Assembly (NCBI GenBank): GCA_964016885.1
Contig: OZ024749.1
Location: forward strand, 34,286,001-34,350,000
DNA from: Eledone cirrhosa
Taxonomy: Eukaryota
Direction: 5' to 3'
DNA: 64,000 nt
Each line of letters starts with the position of its first letter. Position 1 is the stretch's first letter. A program made the position numbers and the translations under genes. Shown piece after piece: positions 13,556 through 26,954 of the stretch. The notes below the pieces were generated by a model that did no database searches, was not told the origin of the DNA, and worked only from the letters and a program-made list of their open reading frames with translations.

Positions 13556-13753
13556 CCCTTTAGCATTTAAACCGGCCAGAATTCTCTCACCTCTTTCTGT
13601 TCAAACCAGCCATAACTGGCTGCGCATACTGATGTTATGGTAATGTTCTCAAAACAAATAATAACAAAATCTCATAGATTCAATATTATGTGAAACAAAT
13701 CCTTTACCGAGAAAATATAATAGTATATATAGAATAATGTAAATGTTAAAGGG
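13556..13753. mobile_element. piggyBac-like MITE
   Basis: TTAA-ccctttagcattta...taaatgttaaaggg-TTAG. Similar to the 13076 copy. Confidence 0.7.
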
Positions 13754-13789
13754 TTAGAGAATAAATAAAATGATTTCTACATTTGGCAC

Positions 13790-14800
13790 AAGATGCCAGG
13801 TGCCCATTCTTGGTTTTTACTCGACCCAAGATTGTATCACTGTCAAAGAGACGAGCTGTGGAAAGACATGCCTCGCAAATGGAAATCACACCTATTCAGT
13901 TTAGGAATATATGTAAGTGCCATAGTCTCAGTGCATGTTTGCACATCACCAGCAATGCCATACCTATCCCACTGCACAAATGGTATAAGAAGCAACTGGA
14001 TCACCTGATCAGTGGAACTTACTCCTTTCACAAGAAGTGAAAGAGCAGGTGCTCCAAGACACGATAGTCAGGCGGTAATATGAGGGAGGTGATGTACGTG
14101 CTCATCCCTTCCGTCAGATCTTTCAGGAATAGCTTCCTCTTAGCACAATTCTGGATCAGAGTGACAACCTTGCTCGTTATTTTGTCCTACTTCTTAAGTT
14201 CTTATCCACTTTGAGATCTGGTCAAAGCCACACACTAAGCAACTTAACCGATCAGTCCATCCAGTGTCCCACAATAATGTTGAATGTCAAATGGCATGGA
14301 TTTGTCTTGCCAGGTACTGAACTGCAAAGCAACTAGCTTATCCGAGTTGGTCTTTGCTCCCGTTAATGTTTCATATTCCTCTAAGAAGTTGCCAACCACC
14401 TCACAGTGACATCATCTGCATATACCGACACAGACTCCTGGATCGATCAAAATCAATCAGAGCCCCAATTGAAGATAGGTTTACTCCCTACCCTCTTTAT
14501 GATGTATCATAGGCTGTTATGTAAAGACCTGGTTGGGATTGCACATGTTTGAGCTTTACCTACCAGACTCTTGATGATAAGCACCAACCTCGTTGCTAGC
14601 ACCTTGCTCAAAATCTTAAACTCTGTGTTAAACAGAGTTACAAGCCGGAGATTATCAATTACATCCTCCTTGTTCTTGTCTTTCCGCATCAGTAATACTA
14701 CACCCTGACTTACAGAGCTGGGAATTCTCTCATTCTGCAGCCAGTTGCTTTGTGGAGATTGGAGAAAAATCTGACATGTTGACATAAAACTCGTAACAGA
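13790..14800 (-). mobile_element. L1/Tx1-like LINE reverse transcriptase remnant
   Basis: GVVLLMRKDK...LRLVTLFNTEFKILSKVLATRL...QTCAIPTRS, plus SVYADDVT at about 14430-14405. Confidence 0.75.
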
Positions 14801-14829
14801 CCATACAGAATTTCCTGCATCTCAGTTGC

Positions 14830-15615
14830 TGTTATCAGCAAAAACCAAAGTGTTAATAAACAAGAAAGAAGACAAAACTCTGATCCCATCAGGGAAGTGG
14901 CCTTGCTCAATATGTAGAAAAAGCAGAGGCATAAATTCTACATGTTGTACACAATGCAATCTTGGTTACACAAGAGGTGTAGTAGGATAGCAGTTAGACT
15001 AACAGGAAAGGAGGACTTTGTATGCAGCAGATGTTCAAAGACAATTCATAGTAAGAATACCAGTGATATAAACCATTCCTTATCCCAGGTAGGATCCATA
15101 GAAGTGGTTGATAGCTTCTGCTGCCCAGGTGATATAATTAGCAGTAGATAAGGGTGCTTCGAGAGTATAGTAGTTAGAATAAGGACAGACTTTCCCTACA
15201 AGCTAAAAATTAGCTGTGTAATGCCTGTGTGCGAAGAGTGATGCTGCATGCCAATGAGACAAAGACAGTGAATGTAGAGGATATGCGACAGCTGGAGAGA
15301 AATGACCTAAGCATTCTTCAATGGATGTGTAATATTAATGTGCTTGAACGATAGAGCAGGAATGAACTGAGAGAGAAACTAGGTATAGGAGAAATCAAAT
15401 GTAGTGTGCAAGAAAGAAGACTGGAATGGTATGGGCATGTGATGCGCATAGATGATGACCACTGGGTGAAAAAGTGCCAAGAAATCCCAGTAGAGGAAGA
15501 CCCAGGAAGACCTGGGTGAAGGTGGTGTGAGCTGATCACAAATTGCTGAAGCTCAGAGATGGAGAAGGAATGTGACGAGTGGAGAAATGCATGGAAAACG
15601 GATGCAAAATGATGA
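14830..15615 (+). mobile_element. RTE-clade LINE 3' remnant with a PHD-like finger
   Basis: KTKVL...WPCSICRK...CTQC..WLHKRCS...FVCSRC...EVVDSFC...RRLEWYGHVMR. Same family as 4610-5225. Confidence 0.8.
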
Positions 15616-15647
15616 AGATGTAAATGATTCTGGTTTGATGGAATTAA

Positions 15648-15826
15648 CCCTTTTGATACCAACCTGCCTTGAGTTCTGTCTATTTTTAAAGTGTTCTTTC
15701 TTATTAATAAAACATTTCACCAGAATTTTATTTAAGAACTTTTTGTTATGTTCAAAACATCAACTTGATCACAAAAAAATTGCTTTCCTCTAATTTTTAA
15801 ACTATTTAAAAAATTAATTGAAAGGG
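15648..15826. mobile_element. Second piggyBac-like MITE family
   Basis: TTAA-CCCTTT...AAAGGG-TTAA. A related start (cccttttgatacc) occurs near 10888. Confidence 0.6.
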
Positions 15827-17284
15827 TTAAGTGATATATCTCTTTTCTAGAAACTGGTATACCTCAAGTAATATTCCTATGTGATTCACAACATATTTTA
15901 CTAATAACTAGTAGATCTGAAGCACTAAATGTACTGCTCAAAATATTTTTTCTTCCAGTCTCTCTCTAAATGAGGTTTCCAGACTGTGTGTTGTGGAATT
16001 ATGTCAATTTGATCAGAGATCTATATGTGATAACTTGAAAACATATACATATCCTTGTCTAACCCATGCTAGCATGGAAGATAGACATTAATCGACGATG
16101 ATGATGATGTTCATACATACTAATACTTTTTATTTTTTTTATTTTTTTATGCATTATCAATAGTTTTTATCTATTTGGTTGTAGGAATATTTAAATTTAT
16201 CTGCTAAAACATAATAAAAGCTAAGAGAGAAACACGTGTGAGCATGCAGAAATAGAAATGGTTGTAACTGCAAGTGCTTGTATATGAAGGAATGCTTGTA
16301 TTTTGGCATTTAAGTATATTTGTGAGCTGCATAGAATTAGACATATAACTAGTGGCATACAATATTTAATTGTTCATCTATTAATTTCATGTTATTAATG
16401 TGTTGCAAAATATTATATTTGAGATATATATGTTTATTAATTTTGTGTTGCTAACAAAATAACTCTTTTGTGACCATATTTCTTACAAAATATTTCAGCT
16501 GTTAATTTTGAAAATAGATAAGATTTTGGCAAATTTTATAAAACTAAAGATTTCATTATTAAGCTGATGTTTGTAACATTTAGAATTACTGTGGAAGAAC
16601 ATTTTTTTTTGATAAATTTCTCTTCCTTCATAATTCTAAATAACATCCTTTTATTAAGCTATGCTCTAACCATAAGGGTAAAATTTGAATATACATACTT
16701 TATATTAAGGTTTTGTATTATAAAACAGGCAGGTGAGATAAAGCCTCTTAGTAAAATTTGATAAAAATTTAGTATGCATGTTCATGTTTATGTTTATTGT
16801 CTGTTTATGTCTCAGAACTCAGCTGTTTGACAAAAAGATTGATAAAATCTGTACCAGACTTTAAAAAGTAGGCACTGGGGTTGATATGATCGACTAAATT
16901 CCTTCAAGGCAATGCTAAAGCATGGTTGCAATTTAACGACTGGCACAAGCAAAAGAATAAAAGAAAAGCATAAAAATGTATTTTGAAAACAATCTCTAAA
17001 ATCTTGATAAGTGATCCACTAAATCTTTTGGTTATTAAATGAAAATCAATCTGGTAGCTGGGTTTTTGTAGCAAGCTTCTCTTAAAATTCCAACCATTTT
17101 ACTTCCATGTTCAGAAATAAATGAATGTAGCAAGCTTCTTTTAAAATTCCAACCATTTTACTTCCATGTTTCTAAACCTAGATCAGGAAGGGGAATAAAT
17201 GAATTTGTACATGAAAGCTTCATCTTGCTATCAAGTAATGTAAATAAATTTTAAGTTACTGGTCTCAAATTATCTATTATCATC

Positions 17285-17480
17285 ATCATTTTACGTCCGT
17301 GTTTCCCTGCTTTCAAGGATGGGACGGGTCCTCTTCAGCACAGCATCTCTCCATTTGTCAGGGTCCTTCGTCATCTCCTCTGTGAGCTTCAGTGATCTGA
17401 GGTCAGCTCTCACCACCTCTGCCCATGTTTTCCGTGGTCTTCCACTACTGCATTTTCCTTCCACTGGGATTACTTGGCAC
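17285..17480 (-). mobile_element. RTE LINE extreme 3' end joined to a (GAT)n tail
   Basis: VEGKCSSGRPRKTWAEVVRADL...WRDAV. Confidence 0.7.
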
Positions 17481-18357
17481 AAGTAATTATTATCTTTATC
17501 ATAATACACACACACATATACACTTTAGTTATGGATATATTTAAATAAGAATGAGAAAAACATTTCATTTGCTGGAGGTAAATTCTACATGACTTGCCAC
17601 CAAAGAGGGCAAGCATTATGCTCGTTCATATTTGTATTGTGTACACTGGTCACGAATCTCCAGTTTGCATTGGATATGGTGTATACAAGCATTTTCTTTT
17701 ACTACTGAATAAAATGTATCATGTGTGTGTAACTGATATATTTTCCATTATCAAACCATTTGCTCGACTTATTGTGAAGAACATCACCGGGGAATGGGAA
17801 ATAAAACTTCACAAATATGAAAACTAAACACTGAATAGCACAAAGATACATAGAATTTAAAGCACACACACACACACACACACACATTGACGTATCACAT
17901 AAAGGTTACTGAATTTATACAACTACGGCGATATTTAAGAGTTGGGTGTGGCTGTCTTACACGATATGGTTGCGAAAAATCTGACAGTTAGGAGACTACT
18001 GTTATGACATGTTTGGATACACAGATGCACTTCACATGAAATTAAAACAAAACAATGACCAAAATAAATGACCCAAAAAGATAATCGCTAAACCATTTCA
18101 GAAAAGCCGATGATGTTGATATGAAGTCACCTACAATCAGATGCTGTTTCGTTATTGTTGCAATAGTAGCGTAAACTAAACAAAAATATAAATTCCCAAT
18201 GGTAAATACATGCTCGATGTGAATCTGCAACATCTGTATTTAATATACATCATTAAACTGGAAGAGGGGAAAAAAAACTTTACCTACAAGGAGTTAACTT
18301 CTCCTGGATATTATTTCCATTTTTTTTTTCTCAGCCGCACACAACCCTCTCTCTCAT

Positions 18358-18389
<32 letters not shown>

Positions 18390-18665
18390 TCTTTATTGTG
18401 GCTAAATGATGAGTCTTGTTACTCTGGAGTTTCACTTGTCTACTCACAGGATCATCAAACAAGAATACTACTAAACTCTACTTCGATGTTGAGTACTCAT
18501 ATATACATATGAGATTTCCAATAAAGGATTAGCTTAAAGATGGCTATTCTTCCACCAGAAAACTTTTTAATGGTTAGGTGCAAACATTAAAAACAATTAT
18601 AATAAAGAATATGAAAAAGACATTGCACCTTCTTTACCCCCTCCCCCCTCCATGGACTGGAAGGG

Positions 18666-18707
<42 letters not shown>

Positions 18708-20089
18708 CTTTTCTAAGCAAATAGTTTTACAAATTAGTTAACATCATTTGACTGGAAAAGTGATGTAAAAATGAAAAATATTCAAAGTCTAATTAACAGA
18801 GATTACTGCATACTTAAAAGAATATTGTTATAAGAAAATGGAATAACCTCCAATCGTTTATTATTAAAGATGGGAGATAAGTGATGTAGGGAGTAAGGCA
18901 AGCCTTTTATAGTTTCGCTTCGTAAATTGAATAATAATAATAATTAATAAATATATATAGAGAGAGAATTGAGTTGTGAAGTGCAGAGGAAGACTTCAAT
19001 TTTGACAGATGCTTCAAGGAAGAAACAGATGCAAAGATTTCAAGAGAATGCGATAATTTCTTTTTAATAGGAAACCATAAAAATAACCTTTTATATTGAA
19101 CTACAATTCTGATAGAAAGCTGTGTCTTGCGAAGCTCAAACCTTAGCCGTGTCTTTCCGTTTGCTTGCTATTTTTATTTTTAAGTTGCAATAAATTCAGG
19201 ACACATGATTATATATATTGCACTAATATAATGCAACGACCTCTTTATAAATAACAGTTGTTGGATAGAATCCCAACAATAAAACTCCTATTGAGGAAAG
19301 CTGATAACCAACGCCTGATGCAACGATATTTGAATTTACAATAAAACAAATCAGATAATCTTCTTTGAAAAACCAAACAAAAATCTGATTAAATCATGAA
19401 AAAAATATATAAAATCAAAAAATAAATACAATAATCAAAACAAGATTAATAATGAAACACACTATTTAAATAAAAGATAATGATTATTGTGATATGAAAA
19501 AGAAAACCACATCAAACCTTATAAAATTTTGTTCGTCTTTCTTTCAAGATGAAAACTCTGAACCCAAAACACAAGGAAACAAAACACCAGACAAACAAAA
19601 GAAAAAAAAACCATTATTGAATTTAACAAAAATAATATAAGAACGATTTGAGCAAAGATCGAAAATTACTCAAGGTTGTAAGTAATATAATGTTGTTAGT
19701 CTTCTCAGTGTCTTTTGTTAGAGTGAGTGAGTCTGTGTTGAAGATGTAGAAACTGTACAATTGACAATCGGTATTAATTGATGGTGGATAGAATCAGAAT
19801 AAAACAACACAGCTTAGATTCTTTTACATTAAATATTCGATTACCTATATTAGGGAATCTACCGAAAAGCTGATCAAGATCTTTGAACAAAAAATTCAAT
19901 AAATTTGTGAAAGAAAAAGAAAAATATGAAAAAAACATGACACTTTGTGTCGTGTTTTCTCAGTTTAGAGACCTGAACAGACCTGGATTTTTTTTACAAT
20001 CAACAAAATATCAACTCAGAACCCTTGTTTGAGCAAAATAACTATACGATTGATTAATACAGTAGTAGAAATGTTGTCTCCGTACCTTA

Positions 20090-20468
20090 TTTAATGGTGA
20101 GTTGCTCAAATTTCTTATTTAAAATGAATATTCAAGTTGCTAAAATGAAAAAGAAATCACACAAGCGCCATAATATCATAAGGCGGGTTTTAGTACGCAT
20201 GACAGAAGATAGACAAAACTAAGGAAACTGTAGAATGACATTTAGCTAAATTGATCTTTTTTACACAATCTGATATATTTGTATATAAGTAATTTGTTTA
20301 TATTAAATTCAGAGACTATTTCTTTTGAGTAAAAATCTTTGTAAAAGTAATTAAAAGTAGATTGTATGAGGTAAGATAGATTAGTTAGTTCTGACAAGCA
20401 ACAGTGATGATTAGTACGCATGCGTCAAGTTTACTGTTTCAACATGGTTGGCAAGTTGACCCTAGCAT
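20090..20468. promoter_or_regulatory. Candidate bidirectional promoter and first non-coding exons for EMSY (-) and CEP19 (+)
   Basis: Repeat-poor stretch between the two divergent genes. Two TAGTACGCATG motifs (20191 and 20412; NRF1/Ewg-like). YY1-like AACATGG at 20441. Outward-facing donors: AG|gtacgg on the minus strand at 20085 and AT|gtaagt on the plus strand at 20469. Confidence 0.45.
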
Positions 20469-22379
20469 GTAAGTACAGACACATTTTAATGTTTAATTCT
20501 CAAATTAAAAAAAATTGCCAATTATTCTGTAACTGAAATTCTTGGAAAAAATAAAGATACACCAGATGTTACTTGTCGAAGTATTTTTGCTTTTATTTCC
20601 ATGTCTAAAACATTGATTTTTATGTCCAATGTTGCTACTTAGCATAATAACTTTACAATATAACATTTAACTACTCTTTGTCGTCGTGTTTCGTATGTTT
20701 TGTCTAAGCGCATCTTTCACTTTTCTTCGTCTACAAAGTTAGAAGTATTTACTAACGTTATAATAATATATAAGCAGGGAATTTTAGGGATTCGGTATAT
20801 CTCGTCAGTCTTCAGGTAATGATTTCAAGGAAGCAATTGTTTTTGTTTTTTTTTCTTTTTCTTTTGTTTGTCATCTCCATGCCAAAGTGACGAAACACTC
20901 TTCGGTTATTAATGCTCCTACTGCTTGCCGTATATCTCATCATACAGGTGAATTGAACTGTTAGGCGCTAAGTGAAGATTTTTTTAAGCCGCCTCGCAAC
21001 ATTAATAGAAAAATACTGGATGCCAAACGGCGATCGGCGATCTTTCATCATAATCGATTAGGTTGGCCAACTGCATCTCGTCTTACAGAGTTTTAATGGA
21101 ATAGCATTTGTAGTGTTCTTACCTTTACCAAAGACATTATAGCAAAATTCTGTAATGTTTCAACATTAGAATTATAATGATTTAATTTTGTCTAGAACTT
21201 AAAATTGTGTTTGTTATTATGCAATACCAGTAGTAGTAAGAAATGTGTGTGACAATCTTTAAAATATTCGGAATGAAAATATTAACATTGCATAAATAGC
21301 TCCACTGTCTTCCTGCCTGTATTGGAATATCCAATAGCCATGTCCCATGTATGTCTACTGCTAATTAAGCATGTGATGTCTGAGCTACCACCATCTTCAT
21401 TTTCAAAACTGAACTGCTGTCGCCTTTCATCCTTACGGGGTCGATAAAATAAAGTACCAGTAATGCACTGAGTAATTGCTGGCCTTGTGCCTAATGTAGA
21501 AACAATTATTCTAAACCAGCATCTTTATTAGACAAGATTATTGTGTAATTTTCATGAAACATTTTTTATTGTGTGTAAGATATTATCCCCTCCCTCTTCT
21601 CACAATCCAACCTTATATTTAAAGAATATAAAAATTGGTAAAAACGCGCCTGTAGATATCTGGACATCTTCTCTGTCGATTTAAAAGATGTTAAAAGTGT
21701 GGCATCTTGTATTATGAAAATTCATCTTGGCGAAAAGGAACTCAGTAGTCAGCTTTTATTGAAATACTGATATAAACTGGAATATTTTCTTTAGTTATAT
21801 AATTGTGTAGACGAGTCTGCTACAATGGAAAATAGTATTTTAAAAATATCGTTTGAAAACACAGATATATACACACAAGACACTTTCTTTTTTTTTATAT
21901 ATATTTTATAATATATATATAATTTCTTTTCTTGATAGATGTGGAGGAAGGGGCAATATCCATGGTTCTCACAGACCCTCCAAGACTGGAGAGATTTATA
22001 ACGTTTGATGTTGATGTTCCACTTAAAATTTCATATATATATATAATCAAGAAACAAACAAACTAGAAGATGCACTAACATGTAGTCTTATTAGTTTCAC
22101 TCTTTAAAAAAGGAGAGCCAGGTATTTTCTCTTCATTGGGAATAAAAGAGTTCAGAGTGTAGAATAAAGATAGAATAAAAAATTAAAAAAAACCCAAAGA
22201 AAATAAAAAATAAAAATGAAAATAAAAAGGAGAGGAGAAGAAGGAGTTATGAGTGGGGAAGTGGTCCGACACATACAGGGGTGATTGTGTGTAGGTGAGG
22301 TGCTTGTCTGCGCGTGCACACAAACATGCACATATATGTATACACACAGATTCGTAGATGCAAAATCAGCAGGTATGAG

Positions 22380-24770
22380 ATGACAATGAAAGCCGCTGTC
22401 CCAATCTAGCATGCAGGTGGTTCAGGATTTTGTTTGTCTGATGTTGCCCTGGGGCAATGACATCATTTGGCACACCCTGAATGACCAAGCAGCCTTCTCT
22501 AGGGATAGCACTTCTTGTTCCACATGGAGAGGGGTCTAGAAAGGGTGGCGTAAACAAAGCTTGTCTCCTACACCCTTAGATGGCAAACCACGGTCAACGG
22601 GCATCTTCTCATGTGGTCAAACAACATCAAGGAAGAAAAAGGCACACACCCACCTGCAAGGGTGTCAAAGGACTGAAAATTGCATGCTGGAACATCAGAA
22701 CCACATAAGACACAGCCAACAGCTCCGCTCAATTGTACATGAACTATTGACATCGCTGCTCTCAGTGAAGTATGCTTTCCAGAGCAAGGCAGCATACAAG
22801 AGCATGGCATTGGATACACCTACTGGTTAGGCAAACCAGCATGAGAGAGAGATGCCTTTTAGGCATGGACTTCATTGTCAGGAACTATATCACTTCTAAG
22901 TTAGAAAACCTACCAACAGGTTATTCTGACCACATCATCTCTATGCACCTCCCACTGAGTAATCAACAATATGCCATGCTCTTCAGTGTGTACTCCCCAA
23001 CTCTTGAAGCAGATCCTGTAAAAGTTTTACTCTGATCTGCACAGTTTCTTACATAGCACGCCTGTGGATGACAAAGTCATAATCCTTAGCAACTTCAGTG
23101 CCTGAATGGGCCAAGATTCTGTAGCGATGGATGGAGTGCTTAGGAGACATGGCGTTGGTAAATGCAACGACAATGGCTGCTTGCTATTGGAGTTCTGCAA
23201 AGTATCAACTCACTATCGCGAACATCTTTCAGCAGAAAGACAATTTGAAAACAACCTGGATGCATCCTCATACTAAACATTGGTACCTCATTGATTATAT
23301 TCTAATGTGAAAGACATCCTGCAAACCAGAGTGATGTTCAGTGTGGAATGCCACACCAACCATCCCCTCATTTACTGCAGACTCAAGCTCCACTTTAAAC
23401 CCAAACCAAAGAAAGCAGGGGCCCTCAGGGAAAAGTTCAAAGTTGACGGTTTCCAGTCGAAGTTTGAAGATGCAAATATTCCAACAGATCCCCCTCCTGA
23501 AACACTTTGGGAACATCTCAAAACTGCTATTCTGCAGATATTTAGGTAAGTCATTGGGTTTATCTAAAAAGAAGAAAGATTGGTTTCACAAAAACAACCA
23601 AGAAATTCAAGAATTGCTGATGAAGAAGAGATCTACCCACATAGCTCAGCCATCTTGTCCTGAGAAGAAAGCTGCATTCTGCCTCCTATGCTGTAACCTC
23701 CAAGGCAAACTTTAAGAGATCTAGAACAAGTGATCGGCTTAACCTGACTGAGAGAACTCAGTTGTGTGCAGGTCATCAGAGGTTTCTACGAAGCCTTAAA
23801 GAAGGTGTATGGCCCTACATATCAGGTCCAGAGTTCTTTCTACAATGCAGATGGCCAGGCGCTCATCACAGACAGGGCGTCCATCTTAAGCTGTTGGTCA
23901 GAACATTTCTAGGCCCTTTTCAGCACTCACTACACTGTCCAGGAATCGGCAATTCTCTGCATTCCCCAACAACCAATAAAAGCAGAATTGAATGACTTGC
24001 CCATCCTTGAAGGGATCACCAAAGCTAATGAGTGACAAAGCAGTAGGAGTCAATGGAATTCCACCTGAGGTTTGAAAGCATGGAGGCCCAGCTCTACATG
24101 TGAAACTCTATGAGCTCTTCGTACATTGCTGGGAGCAGATCTCTACAATGCAGTCATCATCACCATAAACAAGAACAAAAGGGAAGTTAGACTGCTCAAA
24201 CTTCCAAGGGATTACTCTGCTCTATATCATGGGAAGTTCCTTGTAAAGATTCTGCTAAACAGTCTGGTGTCTACGATTGCTGAAGAACACCTCCCAGAGA
24301 GCCAGTGTGGCTTCAGAGCCAATAGGAGCACCACAGACATGGTGTTTGTTCTCAGGTAGTTTCAAGACAAAAGCCAAGAGCAAAATAAAAAGCTGTAAGT
24401 GGCGTTCATTGACTTGACTAAAAAATTTCATATAGTGAGGAGAAAAGGAATGGCAGATCATGGAATGGCTCGGTTTCCCCCAAAGTTCTTGAACATGGTC
24501 ATTCAGCTGCACGAAGACAGCGTGGTTAAGTCAGACTCGGCAGTGACCTCTCAGGGCTCTTCCTAATCATCAATGGAGTGACACAATTGCGTCCTGGCAC
24601 TGACTCTCTTCACCATCTTCAGCATGATGCTCAAGCAAGCCACAGATCTTGATGAGGAGGACAAAATTTACATCAGTTAGCATATTGATGGCAGCCAGTT
24701 TAATCTTTTGGACTACAGTCCCACATGAAGACCCTGGAGCAACTGATCTGAGATCTCTTTGCTGAACTAT
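22380..24770 (+). mobile_element. Degenerate RTE/BovB-like LINE (APE endonuclease plus RT) in the presumed CEP19 intron
   Basis: Frameshifted pieces DIAALSE, SVYSPTL, TTWMHP..KHWYLIDYI, LPESQCGFRANRSTTDMVFVLR, AFIDL. Confidence 0.85.
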
Positions 24771-24780
24771 ATATTATGTG

Positions 24781-24812
<32 letters not shown>

Positions 24813-26342
24813 GACGATGATGGCTGCAAATCGATTTCAAGTAATGATATCGCTTGACACTTAAGCATGAGCATCATGGACAAGGCTTTTTAGTCTTGCT
24901 AGAGACTTACCTACAGCCAGCCATATCATGCATATCGCAAAAAATATCATATATCAAGTGATTCCTGTGCTTGAAGCTTTTTTAAGTGAGGAAAGGCTTT
25001 GCGCAGAGCCAATCCCACTCTCTGAACATCAAATCCATTTACCTAAAAAGAACTGGTCTACATCATTGGATGCAAATGAAGTCACAGGTTTTATATCAGA
25101 GTGACCTAGGGAGATGTCTTAATGAAGACTAGGGGGTATCTCACTCCACAAAAAAAAAAAATGCTTTATTGGATGGCCATTGACTCTCCTGACTTCCTCT
25201 GCCAATTGGCAGGTTGTGTTTTTCATCCCGTTGGGTGTCCAAAATCACCCTCCTCAACAAACTAGCTTGGAGGAGATGCTGGTTTAGTTGCCGACAACCC
25301 AACCCTACACAAGTTTTACGGAATTACATATATATACATACATACATATATGTGAGTCTCTGGTTCAATAGGGGTTAACCACAGTAAGGTGCTCAATAGA
25401 GTGTAAACATCAAGTTTAATATAGAAATCGCTTTTACAGGATTAGAACTGTTTCTTTTGAATGTTTGACATTTTATTGTAGAAACAGATTTATCATTCTT
25501 CCTATTTAAAAAAAACCTTCAGTTACACTGATGCCTAAATAACAAATATTGTCGATACATGGTTACCCTATTTGTTTGATAAATGAAGCAGCCTGCTCAT
25601 GCAATTAATGTGCAAGTGGCTGAGCATTCCACAGACACATGCACCCTTTACATAGTTTCCAAGAAGATTCAGCGTGACAAGGCTGGACCTTTGAATTACA
25701 GGTACAACTTATGATTGCCAGTTGAGTGGCTGGTGTCTTGGTCAAGGACACAAAGCATCACTGGGAATCAAACCCATGGCCTTATAATTGTGGACCAAAC
25801 TCCCTAAATACTATACCTTCACATTGCTGATATATCAAATACCATACAAAAATAATATCTATCAACACATTTGCAATCTTATCATTTGAAATATTTTCAG
25901 GTTCAGTAAAACATTTTGAAAACGATGTAGTCATTTATAATACCCTCTCCCCTATTTTTGCTCTTAAATTTTAGTTATAAATTTCTTGCATTACGAGAGA
26001 AGACCTGTGTCATTTCCAACGATATATGCTCCAGTTGATTTGATCAACTTAACTGGCTCTTCATGAAATTAATGTTTAAATAGCTGAACATTCCACAGAC
26101 TCATGCACCCTTCTTCTTGCCTGAGAGACTGTTGTTGTCAATCACCTGATTGGGATCAGTGTGATCAGTTTCCAGGGCCCACTACATGGAGGTTAACAAC
26201 TTGGAAACCCATATCACAGTTGTCAGGGAGACTCATTTTTGCTAGTTGAACAGACTGAAGCAACGTAAAATAAAGTGTCACTGTAAATAATTTCTATTTT
26301 CCTTCTTTTCCAGTGTAAAGAAAAACCAAATAGCTTTTCAAA

Positions 26343-26954
26343 ATGGAAGAAGATGAAATAAAATGTCACAGGTGTGGAATACGGATAACTCCACCTGCAC
26401 TGATAATAACTTATTCCTATTCTTCAAGTGATAAAATCAGACAAAGGTCAATGCCTCTACGCTTTTTCAATGCCAAATCCAAAATAGAGACCATTTCTGA
26501 AGAATTACTAAACAACCCTCGGCATAAAAAGTTTATTAGGAAGCTGCCTCGCACACAACTGGAAAGTTTACTCAGCATTCTAAAAGATTGCTTGAATGGT
26601 TCCACAGTGATAGAGAGTCTTCAAAGAAAATGTCAGACGACAGAAAGTAATTTAATTAATCCTGATGAAGACTTAAACAAACTTGGTAATGAAGAACTGA
26701 ATGCCAGGAAAGCCATCATGAACAAACTGTTTGAAAAGAATGCAACAAAGCCAACCGACAAAGATTTCGTTTATGATATTCAAATTGAATATGGCAATTC
26801 AGAAGCTGAACCATGCAGCTGGGACTGTATCTATGATGCTAATGCTGTGTCTGTTGTTCTGGAAAATGGTGAGGACAATGATAGTAGCAAGAAACATGAT
26901 AATTATGATACAGACAATGATAATGATGATTATGATCTTGATGATGACATTTAA
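26343..26954 (+). CDS. CEP19: Centrosomal protein of 19 kDa (ciliogenesis, RABL2 recruitment), CDS within one exon
   Basis: CGIRITPPALII...KIRQRSMPLR...NNPRHK...INPDEDLNKL...RKAIMNKLFEKN...DFVYDIQIEY...CSWD matches human CEP19 (CGIRFQPPAII...KIRQRIMPVR...NNPRHK...IDPEEDLNKL...FVYDIEVEF...CGWD). Acceptor ccttcttttccag ends at 26313. AATAAA at 27086. Confidence 0.95.
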   Translation: MEEDEIKCHRCGIRITPPALIITYSYSSSDKIRQRSMPLRFFNAKSKIETISEELLNNPRHKKFIRKLPRTQLESLLSILKDCLNGSTVIESLQRKCQTTESNLINPDEDLNKLGNEELNARKAIMNKLFEKNATKPTDKDFVYDIQIEYGNSEAEPCSWDCIYDANAVSVVLENGEDNDSSKKHDNYDTDNDNDDYDLDDDI

